Shown: positions 1 through 12,409 of the stretch, one piece after another | Layout of the letters: each line of letters begins with the position of its first letter | Numbering within the stretch: position 1 is the first letter of the stretch | NCBI GenBank assembly: GCA_016748015.1 | Contig: JAAOMT010000684.1 | Span: 1 to 64,000 of the forward strand | DNA: 64,000 nt | Source: Geosiphon pyriformis uo1 | Taxonomy: Eukaryota; Fungi; Glomeromycota | Direction: 5' to 3' | Position numbers and translations under genes: made by a program | The notes under the pieces: generated by a model | The model's database searches: none | What the model was told of the DNA's origin: nothing | What the model saw: only the letters and a program-made list of their open reading frames with translations

Positions 1-1005
1 TGTCATTTTTTTTCTTTTTCCCTTCTGTTTTCAAAAGAAATTTTTTTGATCTCACAAAGTCTTAAAAATTCCAGGATTCATAAAATTGTGTCTGAAAGTT
101 TTTTAATTATGAAAATGAAATTATGATCAAAAATTCAAATATTTGGGGTAATTGATACTAGCTAGAACAAAATTTATTATTATCAACTGTAAAATTTCAA
201 AGGTTCCTTATTCTGCTTGGTAAATTTATAGTAAACAAAAAAGATGTAACCAATTTTTAGCTGAAATTTAAAAAAAAATTTTTATCAAAAGGGAAGAAAC
301 GTGTTTTCGTCATTGACAGTATTAATTTTTTTTAGTTTTTTGAAACAATCAAAGCTTATAACCATGAATTTAATCTTATTAATTTTCTTCTTTTTTTTGC
401 TTTAAAATGGAGCTCGCTATTGTGTAGCAAAATAATAACTTTATTTTTTTTCAATAAAATGAGGGAACTGGTGACAAGTTTATGATTTCTCAATTAAACT
501 TCAGCCATCAGAACCGACTTTCAGTTCGATTTAAGACCTTCATTTATGTTTGACTACCAAAAAGGAAAAGCAAGATCATGAGGGCTTACCAATTTCTAAA
601 TGAAATCTACATAAAAAAAACTTTGTTCTAAATTTAATTCAATTTTATTTCGCGATAATAAATTCAGATTATGTCAAAATATTAATTTTTTCCAGTCATG
701 TGAGTCTCAAAACTTTTCCTCAAATGGAATTGAAAATCAAAATGCAAAAAAAAAACTAAGAGAAACGTGATGAGTTGCGAAATCCCCAAAAAAAATGCAT
801 GGGTAATTTACCGTGAAGGATTGGTCTCTTTTAAAAATAATTAAGAGATTCAAAGGTCCTTTTGTGTTACATCCTAGGTTTTAAAGAATCAAGCCATTTT
901 CTAGATGCTCACATGCCAATCATACGCTTTGTAATTTGGAGGTTATCCCAGTCTAAAAAAAGTTCCTGTGTAGTGTAAAAGAATAAATCTAAGATTTCGA
1001 TGGCA

Positions 1006-1015
1006 CCCACGTGGG
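1006..1015. promoter_or_regulatory. Palindromic E-box CCCACGTGGG upstream of bHLH gene 1
   Basis: Perfect 10-bp palindrome with a CACGTG core, about 460 bp upstream of the ATG at 1475, in a locally GC-richer patch. A TATA-like cttataag lies at ~1124. Confidence 0.45.
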
Positions 1016-1474
1016 GCAATAAATCACCTAAATTGCGTCTTTTCTCGCGCCATGCGGATCTTTGCAAAAAAGGATATCGTCTTTTTCTTAAGACTGCGCT
1101 ACACCCAAAATTCGATCAGCCGTCTTATAAGTAGTATAACTATTTTAGATGATTGTGAGGATTCCGTTGTTCTTTTTCGTTCCCCTTTGTTACTCTTACA
1201 TGCCCTACATTTTTCATCTTGTGAATTTTTCTAATTAAAATTATTTACACAACTTCAAAAATCCAAACATAACGGCTCAAGATTTCTTCTTAAATTCGTT
1301 CCCATTATCTCTCAGAGATAGTCAAAGAAAAAGAACCAATTATTTTTCTGGATAAAAAAAAAACCAACCAAAACCTTTTCTATCTTGTTTCTTTCAAGTT
1401 TTTTCATTTAAGCCTTTAGATGAATAATAGAGAAAAACGTTTAAAGAATAATATCGTATTAACTGTAATCGAAA

Positions 1475-2812
1475 ATGCGTCAACAAACAAGCATTCAATC
1501 TACTACTAAACAACATTCATCTGCTTTTCAGCCAACAAGTCTAAGGAGAAACACACACGAGGCAGAGGATATATCAACTTCAACTTTTCCTTCACATTTA
1601 AATTTGCCAGTTGCTATTAATCAATTTAATCAACAATCTCAAGAAGGTTCAAATTCAAAAGCAAACTTACCCCTTTTCGAAACTCCACCGGTGTCTCCAG
1701 GGGGACAATCAATCTTTAGGCTACCAACGTCACCTCCACCTTTACATCCTCAGGATTCATCATTTAATAATAAAGAACCACCAAAATCTAAGAATCAATT
1801 TTGGCTCCCCCCAACACCTCCTAATGGATTAAATCAAGAAACGCCAAATTTTTCAAGTACAAGTCATACATATTTTGAGAATAATAATGCTTTGAACAAA
1901 ATACAATCCGAACCCTCTACCAATGTCTTTTCACTTCCAATTGATCTTGGCACCACAAATTCAAATGAACAACATACATTTACTTCTTCAAGTAACTCTC
2001 GTCCAATTATGTATCATCATACTTCGGTTATCCATCCAGCAATACCTCGTCAACAGCAAAATTCTTCTATTCCCGCTGATCGACCTCTTTCGTTAGCTGA
2101 AAAACGGGAGTTGGCTCGTAAAGTGTCACATTCTGCTATCGAAAGACGTCGACGTGAGAGGATCAATGACAAGATTATACAGCTACAACAACTTGTTCCC
2201 AGTTGTGCAAATCAGCCACAAATTCATAAATTGACTATTCTTCAGGGAGCCATCGATTATATTGGATATTTACAAAGTTGTCTCGCTGAAAAACGAAAAC
2301 ATGAGATGAATAGCACAAACGATGCTATGATGCTGGAAGAATGGCGATTTGTGAGGCAAATCAAGTCTGATGGATTGAAGAATTATCAACCACCTGTATC
2401 ATCAAAAACTTTTGAAATATCAATGGAAAGCCAAAGTACGAAAAATTCCATGTCTTCATCAGATACAAACATCATTAGACATGATATAACTTCTGGTGGA
2501 CCAGAGGAAAATAACTTTAGCTTAATAAACCAAAACCTTTTACAAGTGCCATCTTTGAGCCATCGATCGAACTCTCTATTTCGGCGCATTAATACGAGTT
2601 CTGATATAACCCAAATCCCAAGCATTAATCAAGAAATATCATTAAGTCACCCTGAAAACTGCGAAATTAACGCCAATAAAGTAGCTTCCACCACCGAGTC
2701 TAATAACCGAGTAATAGCTTCTATAAAGACGATAACCAGTCCTGAAGAAGATCGTTATAAACCAGACTCAACAAATGGCGACTCGATGTCGATAAATAAT
2801 TTGTTATGTTGA
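1475..2812 (+). CDS. bHLH transcription factor (class B, CACGTG-type), 445 aa
   Basis: Basic-HLH RKVSHSAIERRRRERINDKIIQLQQLVPSC..HKLTILQGAIDYIGYLQ with the H-E-R DNA-contact residues, flanked by S/P/N/Q-rich low-complexity regions. Confidence 0.92.
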   Translation: MRQQTSIQSTTKQHSSAFQPTSLRRNTHEAEDISTSTFPSHLNLPVAINQFNQQSQEGSNSKANLPLFETPPVSPGGQSIFRLPTSPPPLHPQDSSFNNKEPPKSKNQFWLPPTPPNGLNQETPNFSSTSHTYFENNNALNKIQSEPSTNVFSLPIDLGTTNSNEQHTFTSSSNSRPIMYHHTSVIHPAIPRQQQNSSIPADRPLSLAEKRELARKVSHSAIERRRRERINDKIIQLQQLVPSCANQPQIHKLTILQGAIDYIGYLQSCLAEKRKHEMNSTNDAMMLEEWRFVRQIKSDGLKNYQPPVSSKTFEISMESQSTKNSMSSSDTNIIRHDITSGGPEENNFSLINQNLLQVPSLSHRSNSLFRRINTSSDITQIPSINQEISLSHPENCEINANKVASTTESNNRVIASIKTITSPEEDRYKPDSTNGDSMSINNLLC

Positions 2813-5722
2813 ATCGTTTAGGCTGATTTTCAATATCTTTTACGACCAAACAGCATCCACAACCTAATGAAATGTTGTAATAAAAAGACGATTTTCACTT
2901 TATTTTTCAAATCTTGACTACCTTAATAGCTTCAAACTCGATTACTTTAAATTCTTTGGTGTGTTTTTTTTTCTGAACTTTTTGATTAGGTCAATCATTC
3001 ATCACATGTACAAAGACTTGTAATATATTTTCTCGCTTTGCAATGCCGATAGTTTCCAAAAAATTATGGCTTTAAATTTCTTTAATTGGATAAATTGTAT
3101 ACGCGTCACATGCCTAAAGAGTATATTGCTTTTAGGAGGGGAAGAATCTAAAGTATTATTGAAAATGTTATATTTTTGTTTCTGATAAGTTTACTTAATC
3201 ACATGTTAGACTCTAAATTTTGTTTAAAAAAGCAACAAATCAAATCGACCTTTGCAGTGGCAAAATAAGGATCTAATGTATATGCTATTTTCTTAAATTT
3301 TAAAGGAAAAAAGGTTGTTTAATTTGGATTCCAAATCAAAAAGTAACACGTTAATGTGAAAATAATAAATTGATCTATCATGTTTTTAAGCAGATGTAAT
3401 TGTGGCAATGGTGAATGTGAAGTTTCTCCGCAAAGCAGGAAGTCAAGTAGATGTTTGAGAATCATTGCCTTTTTACAAGATGCCATACTATTTTGGCATT
3501 TACCAATTGAAAGCTGAAAGTCGTTAATTATCAGTATTATGTTGAACAATTAAAAATTTTTTTTTTCGATTTAGTATAAAATTTTCTATTTTAATAAGTA
3601 TATCAAAGAGAAAATCCTTTTTATTAATTTTCTTTTCTTTTTTCTCATGAAAAGACTTAAAGCTAAAAGGTTAGATTAAGTGTTATCTTCAAAAATTGTC
3701 AATTTTCCAATAATTTAATCAATTTAGATTTCATTAAAAAAACTTTATTGTCTTTGTTAAAAGTATAGAACCTTCTTTATTTTTAAATATTTCTTTAAGT
3801 AAAAAAAAAAACCTCTGATCTTTTATTCAAGTTCCAGGAAATAGTTGATTGAAGCATCTCCCATTAAAAGTTAAAGTCACCAGGAGAAATAGTCACGATT
3901 GAATGCTTTTTACACTTTAAGCTAATCGAGTTTAAACTATTCAAAAAATTAGGGGAGCTCTTGTCGATAAGAAAAAAAACTTGACGTATTTATTTTCCTA
4001 AAAACGGGAAGCTAAAATAGTGCGTATAGTATTGGATATATTTAAAAAGTAAAATTTTATTTTTTTGTATTCTTGGGGAAAGTAATTTTATAATCCAACC
4101 TTGTTCAAACGAAATTTCGTAAACTCAGTGATGCCTCTATTTTTCAATTTTTTTTTTCATTCAGACGGTAAAAATATTATGGTCACAATTTTTAGTTTTT
4201 TGTTTTTCGCAGCCGATCATTTAAGCTAGATTTGTGTATCTCAAAAAAATTGGACATTCAATGAGAGTGCATGTTGTCATGTGAAGGTTTTAATAAACAT
4301 TTAAATAATTCACGACAGGCTTCAACCCTTTTTAGAAGTGGATTCATATAATTTAAGATTCAAAGATCGAAGTTTCCCTTAAATTATAAGTGTTATGGAG
4401 CGGCATCCCAGGATTTCTTTCTGCCAAGAATATTCCTTTTTGAGGTAATTAAAAGAGTAATCATATAAAGCTTAAATATAAACAAAGTGGTTGAATTATA
4501 TTACTGTCAATGACCGATGAAATTAGATTACTTTTAATAACTGGTTGAATTATAGCTAATAGAATTATAGAAATTTTCAATTTTTTGGATATGACCTTCA
4601 AATCGTTCAACTGAAGAAGTTTTGACAACTATTTCGAAATTGTCTGTCATGTTTACACAAGAATTTGTGATCAATTTCAATCACAATAGCTAAAAAGGTG
4701 ATTAGTATAGGTAAAATTCATTAAGGATAATTAAACCAGGTATTTCCAGAACGAATTCACGGAAAAAACCATCCCATAATCATAAAAGCTACTAAAAAAT
4801 CATATGAGTTTATGTGTTTGCAATGTTTTTAAAGATTTACACCTTTGTACAGCAAAATACAATACCCATTAATATTTTTCGTGAGGTAGTCATGCCAAAG
4901 GTAATTCTTTTTTGTTATCTGATTGTGATCGTCACCGTTCCTAAAATAATGAAATGGTATCAGATTTTTTCTTTAAAAAACTCAAAAAACTATCATATCT
5001 ACTTGGAGGATAATGTAAATTTAAGGAAACATCATTTTGAAATTTTTTATTTTCTCGTGTTACCTTCAAAAGAAATGCTGAATAGTAAATAAAAGTGTTA
5101 AAAGGAAATATTCTCTTAACACGTGAGTTCAAATAATGTATTCTTGGCAAACCATTTTAAAAGGAAAATCCCACGATAGCATACAATTACCTAAAGATTG
5201 ATATTTAAACTTGATTAGAAATAATGGTGAGATCTTTGTGTATTTATTTGTGAAATACAATGCAGGCTTATTGTCAATCAAATTTTCCCAGGACTTTTTT
5301 CTCGCGAGAAAAAAAAATTATAAATTGATTAGTGCAATAAATAATTAAGAGTACCACAAATCAGGCATGGAATGATCCAGAATGGTTTTTACTCAGGGAA
5401 TTATTAAATGGGATATAAAGTAGATTTTCCTTTAGGAATTCTCAATTAAAACCCTTAATATTTAACATTTGAAAAAATCAAACGATTGGATTAGCATTAT
5501 ACTAGGTTATTGGTGCTCAGAGCTGCTAATAAACTCAAAACAGGTAATTCTCAAGCTCAAAAACCATGGCTAAATCGCATTATAGTTTTCTAGAATTTTA
5601 CAAAAGTCCCTTGGAGATTTAGGGTACGTTATTGAACCCACAATCACGAGTCCATGTCAAAGATCAGTTATATTTGAAGAAGCTTTACTTTTATAAAAGT
5701 ATTTTTTAAAAACTGTTGAAGA

Positions 5723-5773
5723 GGGATAGGATTGGATTGGATAGTATAGGATAGGATTGGGTTGGGTTGAGGG
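5723..5773 (+). repeat. Degenerate G-rich pentamer repeat (ATAGG/ATTGG/GTTGG)
   Basis: gggatagg attggattgg atagtatagg ataggattgg gttgggttga ggg, read directly. Confidence 0.6.
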
Positions 5774-6072
5774 TTAAAGAATAGGCTTACTGCTTGTAGT
5801 AGGGAATAGAGATTATGTTTGATTTACAATATTTTGAAATTAAGAGTTTCTTTGTTCTTGATATTTTTTTCTAGTAAAGATTTTGCTACAATTCTAACGA
5901 TTCGTGATTAAATTTAAGTTTAGGTTCATTGTACAAGCTGATGAAAGACATTTTTATGGATCACTCGAACTTTCTCAGCTAATTTCTCTCCTGTTTAAAT
6001 TTAATTTGATCGGCCTTTAAAACAGCCAAAAATAAAATAAAACCAAAAACGAAACCAATTCATAGAAATTAC

Positions 6073-6105
<33 letters not shown>
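6073..6105 (+). repeat. (AAT)11 microsatellite
   Basis: Read directly. Confidence 0.9.
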
Positions 6106-6193
6106 TTAGATAGCTTATTTTTTGGAAAATTAGTAAAATCTTCGCTAAATTGTCAAAATTTAATAATGATCCCTAATCTCATTAATATGGATG

Positions 6194-6730
6194 CAGTGGA
6201 ACCTCGATTCGGGAATAATTTTAATTTTGGTTTGAATGATGTCCCTTATAATTTTGTAGAATAAGAGTACTTTTAATTTAGGATTCCCTAAACCTTGTCC
6301 CGGACCGCAACCATTTCTCTCCGATAACCATTAAGGTACGCATATGTCGAAATTTTTAAAAATAAATAAGCGTTAAAATATTACCATACTCCCACTTAAC
6401 AGTTAAACAAAACAAAAATGATCTTTCTTGATTTTCCCGGGGGGATAAAAAGTTTGTTTGTAGAAATAGTATCAAGAATGTTTAACCCTTCTTTTTGATT
6501 TAAACCTATGAATATATGTGATCCGAAAAAGATCTTGATGATAACCATCAAGGTACTCATCGGTAGCCCACGATAAGCTTTTTTTCATGGGGACATGATC
6601 AACTTCATATGCTACATAGAAAATCATTACCTTCAATTTAGCTGTACCAATCAAATGATTTTCTTTACCCACAAAGGTACATATTTTAATTGTTGGGGAT
6701 ATTGGTAATTATGACATGTAGTTTCACCGA
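6194..6730. mobile_element. Possible decayed Tc1/mariner-type MITE
   Basis: CAGTGGAACCTCGATT at 6194 resembles Tc1/mariner/pogo TIR ends. The partner near 6718-6729 (gtagtttcaccg) is weak, so the right boundary is uncertain. Confidence 0.25.
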
Positions 6731-7175
6731 CGGCTACTAATCTAAAGCCAATTTTCAATTATATGAAAACTGGTCTTGTGTTTGATATCATTTTATGAGT
6801 GAAAAAGATCGTGGTTTTTAATTTGTTGGGGAAAAATAAAGGGATCATTGATAAATATTTTAATATATATATGTATATAAACAAAGAAAATGCTCTAAGC
6901 CTTTATTCATTATCTGACAGACAAATTCTATAAAAACAACCCAATTTCCCAATTTTGTTCCCGAATTTTCTTGCTTTTTAATAAAGTAGCCATTTCCGAA
7001 TAAAGTCTTCACTGGATTGCCTGGCGCCTCCTATGTTTTTGTAAAAGAAAGTAAAATTATGAAAAACCAAAACTTTCCTGCTAGCTATTTTTGAATGATC
7101 GACTTTGAACCTTTTGTGAATCAAATTTATTTGAAACCCACTAGATATCTGTTAAAATAGAAAGGAAAGTTCATA

Positions 7176-8428
7176 ATGGATCATATGAAAGGTATGTCAT
7201 TTGAAACCTAGTTGGTTTCTAATTATCAAAAGTCTTTCTAATTGAACCTTTTTTCGATATATAAAAAGATTTGGGCCAAAGAAATCTGTCAATGGAAACA
7301 GATTTATGCTCAAATATTCAAGTCTCATCCGTAAAAACCACTTCCATATTGACTACAACTGGGAGACTCGACCCAGCAGAATATTCCCAAAAAATTTTTA
7401 TGCCAATATTAACACATGAGTCATACTTAAATGAAGCAACAACTAGTCTATCAAGATTACCTTCCAAACAAGAAACCAGATCAATTTCAGATTTTTGCAT
7501 TGATGACTCATCACAAGAAAATGAATTTATGTCGAATTTTTCTATTAAAGCACATTTTGAGGATTCTTCACCGGAACGAAAGCAAGGTTCTTCATCCAAA
7601 GATTCTTTTTCTTTTTGCCGTCCCCCTATTGATATTTCCAAAATTTTGTTCCAATCATATGAATCAATCCCATTCTTACATCATCCAACTTCAATTCATC
7701 AACATTGCGACCATGTTACTTTTACAGAAGAGTCCTCACTTTCCTTGACTGAAAGACGAGAATTGGCGCGGAAAATTTCGCATTCTGCAATTGAACGTCG
7801 TCGACGAGAACGAATTAATGAAAAGATTTTACAACTGCAAAAGATGGTTCCATGTTGTGCCAACCAACAACATATTCATAAGTTGACAATTCTTCAAGGT
7901 GCAATCGACTATATTAATTATTTACAAGGTTTACTTGCCGAGAAACAAAATCAAAATACTCATGGTATTAACGAAGGAAGTCGAGCCTTGGACGACTGGA
8001 AATTTGTGAAACATATGAAACTTGTATCTTATGATAGTAAAAAACAGACTTCCTCTCCAATTCCATCATTTGAACGTGAAAATTCCGATTTTCCTTTTGA
8101 TTCAAGATTTCCAATAGCTTCAAAGACACCCATCAAAGATAAATCGCCTTTCCTATCTGATTATCTAAAGATTTCCAGCCTTTGTCAAGATAAAGAGACA
8201 TTTTGTCATCATTCACAAATGCCAACTTCTTGTACATTTTCCTGTCAGGATGAATTTTCCGGAGCTCAAATTGGAGTAAAATCTCTTCAATCACAAACTT
8301 CTCAAAATCAAGTCGATAATTTTAGTTCAAACACACAATGCAAAAGCACTGATTTAAATAAAAATCAGATTCAAACATTAAATTCGACTTCCAAAAGACT
8401 AATGTCGGTGAAAAACTTGTTATCTTGA
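7176..8428 (+). CDS. bHLH transcription factor, tandem paralog of 1475-2812 (2 exons)
   Basis: Exon 1 7176-7191 (MDHMK-G). Intron 7192-7268 (GTATGT..ctaat..AAG) joins it in frame to the 7271 ORF. bHLH RKISHSAIERRRRERINEKILQLQKMVP..HKLTILQGAIDYINYLQ. Confidence 0.9.
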
Positions 8429-10239
8429 GCTTTTCCGTTCTTTAGGTAGGCATCCTTTTGTTCACAATAGTCAAAAAATTAGTTCCCTCTTAATTCATAC
8501 ATGAGAAAGACTACTAAGATTTCAAAGACAATATAGATGTACACATTTGCAAGATTTAAAGTAATCTTTGAAAAGAAAAATAAAACTTGATTTTCAGAAA
8601 TTTTCTCCCATTTAGGTCTGTGGGACATGGATAATCTTGGCAGATAAATTTTGGCTTGGATTCCTACGTTAAACATTTTCACATGGTAAAGAAATGATGC
8701 TAACTTTTCGTAACTTCTTGGATTTAAATTTGGTCTTTCAGTAAGTGATAATGAATTCTCTCACTATCAACATTCTTCTTGTGAATTCTACTTAGCCGAA
8801 GCTAAATTAGTAGGAAGATATGAAAAAAAGAATCTGAATTTAGGATCTCTCGAAAATTTAAATTGGTTAAGAATTGTTATCTGTTAGTAAAAAAGAAAGA
8901 ATGTTGGAAATAAAACCTAAAACTTTGCTTTAATTTCAATAAGATATTATAATTCTTGAAATTAAGAATTAAAATTATTAAACTTTTTTGATTCCCATAA
9001 AAAGAAATAGTATCAATTTTTTTGAAAGGTTAAAATCTCGAGGACTCGATCTATTTTGATATCGAGCCTTTTATTTATCAATTTCAACTTCTGTCTAAAG
9101 ATTAAAATACACTGCAATTTTGAAAACTATTTTAATAAATGTATTAGTTTCTAATTAAAATCAATTATATAGCTTCAAACTTTTTGGTGACAACTTTTGT
9201 CCTTTCCAGGTCAAAGTTTTCACCATAAAGTTTGAAGCTTATGTTTGAGTTCAAGTTGCAAGGTGCATCCACTTTAAAATATTTGCAACATGATCATTGA
9301 AATTAAATTTATTTACTAATTATTCTTAAATACATTCTATACACAACATGAAAGTAAAGGTTTCGCGGTCCAGACATCAGCTTATGTGACCGCCGTCATC
9401 AAAAAGTAGCACGAGCTTAAATTAAGGCCTAATAGATATTCTACCGGAAACTCCTCGCGAAGGCGGGGTAGGCTGTATAAAATAAAATAATTTAAAAAAT
9501 AATATTGTTATTAATATTATTAGCAAAGAAAAATGAGTTACGACAGTAAAATTTGAAACGTTTGAAATTACAAAGTCCGCTTCAACGACAGCATAATAAG
9601 CTACGTTGGGTTGAAAAAGGCCACTCGGTACTAGATATTGGGTATATCCGTACCCAAATGGAACCTGTGAAAAAGGATTATTGTGGATCAAAAGTTAATA
9701 CGACTTTCTTCCAATGATCAAAAAAAAATTTCTGCACAAATAATTACCTTAGTAGCAACTGTAGTAACGAAAACAAGCCCGCGGCCACCATCTCGCAAGA
9801 TTGAAACTGAGACAGTAGTTGAAGGTCCTTTGATAAATATTTGTAAGTATGATTCAAGATTTGGTAAGATAATTCTTTAAGTTTGACTCAAAAAAAAAAG
9901 ATTTCCAAATCGCGAAAAACTTACCACCGACAGGCAACAGGGGAATTAATTCTTTGGACGATTGTGTAATCATGTTTTTTAAGGATTATATCTTTACTGA
10001 AGTCATTCTTCTGTTCAACTGTCACAAATGGACTGGGATTTACTACAATTCCTAAATGAATTTGCATTGGTAAGAATCACATACATGTACAATGAAACGT
10101 GAAACCAAGTATTGACGACTGCCTGTAATTTACATTTAGGGAACAGGTCAAATGGGGTGGTGAATCGGTTGTAAGCCAAATTTAGAAATTTATTTGTTAA
10201 TCTTTGACGACTTGTAATAAGGAACTATGTGTAAACAGG

Positions 10240-10240
<1 letters not shown>

Positions 10241-10279
<39 letters not shown>
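10241..10279 (+). repeat. Poly-T tract (39 nt)
   Basis: Read directly. Confidence 0.9.
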
Positions 10280-11024
10280 CCAATTGTATAATTCACAAGT
10301 AAGTAAATTATATTGATGAATGTAACACGAAAAAACACGGCCATGATCCCATAAGCGGATATAATTCTTTGTAAAAAAAAAGGTAGAAAGAAATTTAAGT
10401 GAACACCAAATAAATGTTTCTTTATGATGATAAAAATTGAGGCTAACGATACATTTAACCTCGTTACGAATAATAAACACTACACAGTTTAGGATGAATT
10501 TCATGATTTCAAAAAATGAACATTTTAAATTTAGCAATTAAAAGAAAAATTTTGCAAAACCAGAAATTTTTAACCCCAAATTTTTTGTTTTGAAAATTTG
10601 GGAAAATTTTCGATTTCCATATAAAAAAATTTTTCTAATCTAAAGTTTATTCACAAGATTAGTGAAATTAATTATATTAATGATTAAGTAAGCTTAGATA
10701 GATAAAGAGAAAAGTTAAGATACAGACTAAAATTAGTCCAAGTTATTATGTGTGAAACAATGCTATCAAAGTGCGATATGAAATCTTAACAGTTATTGAA
10801 TTTAAGTTTGAATTTTATATGAATAAATTAACTTTTGCAATAGAATCACAAACGAAATAATGTTACTTAGGTAAGTTCAGGGTCTATTATCTAAAAAAAA
10901 ACTATTTTTCTAATTTTTTACTGAAAACTTCTTTTTTAACTTGTAATAATTTGAAGCTGTGATAGATAACGATTTTATATTGATAACATTCTTCTGTTAT
11001 TATTGAGGAACAATCTAAAAAGAT

Positions 11025-11065
11025 ATCATTATCATTATCATCATCATCATCATCATCATCATCAT
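11025..11065 (+). repeat. (ATC/ATT)n microsatellite
   Basis: Read directly. Confidence 0.85.
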
Positions 11066-11286
11066 GGACAATATTTGCGAAAAACAGGAATTATTTTTCA
11101 AAAGTAATTTTCGATTGTACCCTGCAATATAGTTCCCCTTTTTTTTTGATTATTATCTAGCTGCAAGAATAAAAGATAGACAAACTTATTACCATCTATA
11201 CTCTTTCCTATTATACAAGTATCAGAAAATGCTTTTTGAGTCAATTAAAAAATGAAATTTTATTCATTGTAAATACGAAAAAAGCC

Positions 11287-11289
<3 letters not shown>

Positions 11290-11333
<44 letters not shown>
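11290..11333 (+). repeat. Poly-A tract (44 nt)
   Basis: Read directly. Confidence 0.9.
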
Positions 11334-11336
<3 letters not shown>

Positions 11337-12409
11337 ATTTTTAAAGCATGATTGTTTCTCATTTTAGGTTTTCAAATAAAATAAAAGAATAGTTTCAATC
11401 ATAAACTATTTTACATTGAGATTGTAGAATTAATGATTACAAAAAGGGAGAAATTTATTGTCATGAAAAGATAGGATATGGTTTTTCATTGAAAAAGAAA
11501 GTCATACAACACATGAAATATTAATAAACCAAAAATTCTTGATTTTTTAAAGGTTAACAAGTTTAAACAATAGTGAAAACCAAAGTCATTAGATTATACA
11601 ATTATTTAAAAGGATAACCTCACCCCCTTTACTAAAATTTTAGATATATTATGAATTTATAACAGAGCAACACAATGTCAAAGATTGTAGTAGTAAAATA
11701 GATATATATTAATATTTTCATTTATAATAGTTGAAGTGAAACAATGTTAATTTCTCCAAGGTCATGCCCGTGGGTAAATTCGGATTTTTTGATGATCATT
11801 TGTGAAGATTAGAAAAGACAATAAAATAACTTTTTTAAAGGATTGTCGTTTATTCAAAATTTAAAAAGTAGACCAGCAAAGAAAGTTCAGAAATTCAGAG
11901 ATGAAAAAGCTATGCTCAATTGAACATTCTATTGTTTAACAAAAAATAATTATTATCAAAAATCATTTGTTCCTAATCTGGTCTTGTAGATGGTTTAGTT
12001 TACCTGATTTAGATAAGTAAACTATTTAAAATTGTAAATTGCTTGGACCGTAAGATTTCAATTACAAAATTGGAAATTGGAAAGAAAAATAGTTGGGTCA
12101 ACTGTTAATAAATTATACTTTTTTTTTTTATTAAAAAAGCTACATTAAAAAGTTTAAGACTTAAAAACAAAAATGCTCAAAGAAAGAAATAAAATCTGAA
12201 TATTATATTTTGAAAAGGAAAATTTTCTTTATAAATTGAACGATTATCCCGAGTTTTCAAAATTCAAATCTTAATTGAAGGGGTTTATATTTGATTTTTT
12301 GGAATGTTAATTTAATTAAGAAATATGACAGCTCAACTCTTTACTTTTAAAAAATCGATTTGATTTTCATTTTAAAGTTCTTCAAGTGATTTTCTTTTGG
12401 TTTCTGATA

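Noticed and set aside
9430-9900. Fragments ILPETPR and GHSVLDIG suggesting an MFS or methyltransferase relic
   Set aside because: Isolated short words with no supporting neighbouring motifs.
10241-11333. Poly-T and poly-A tracts as ends of one element
   Set aside because: No extended inverted homology or target-site duplication; treated as independent homopolymers.
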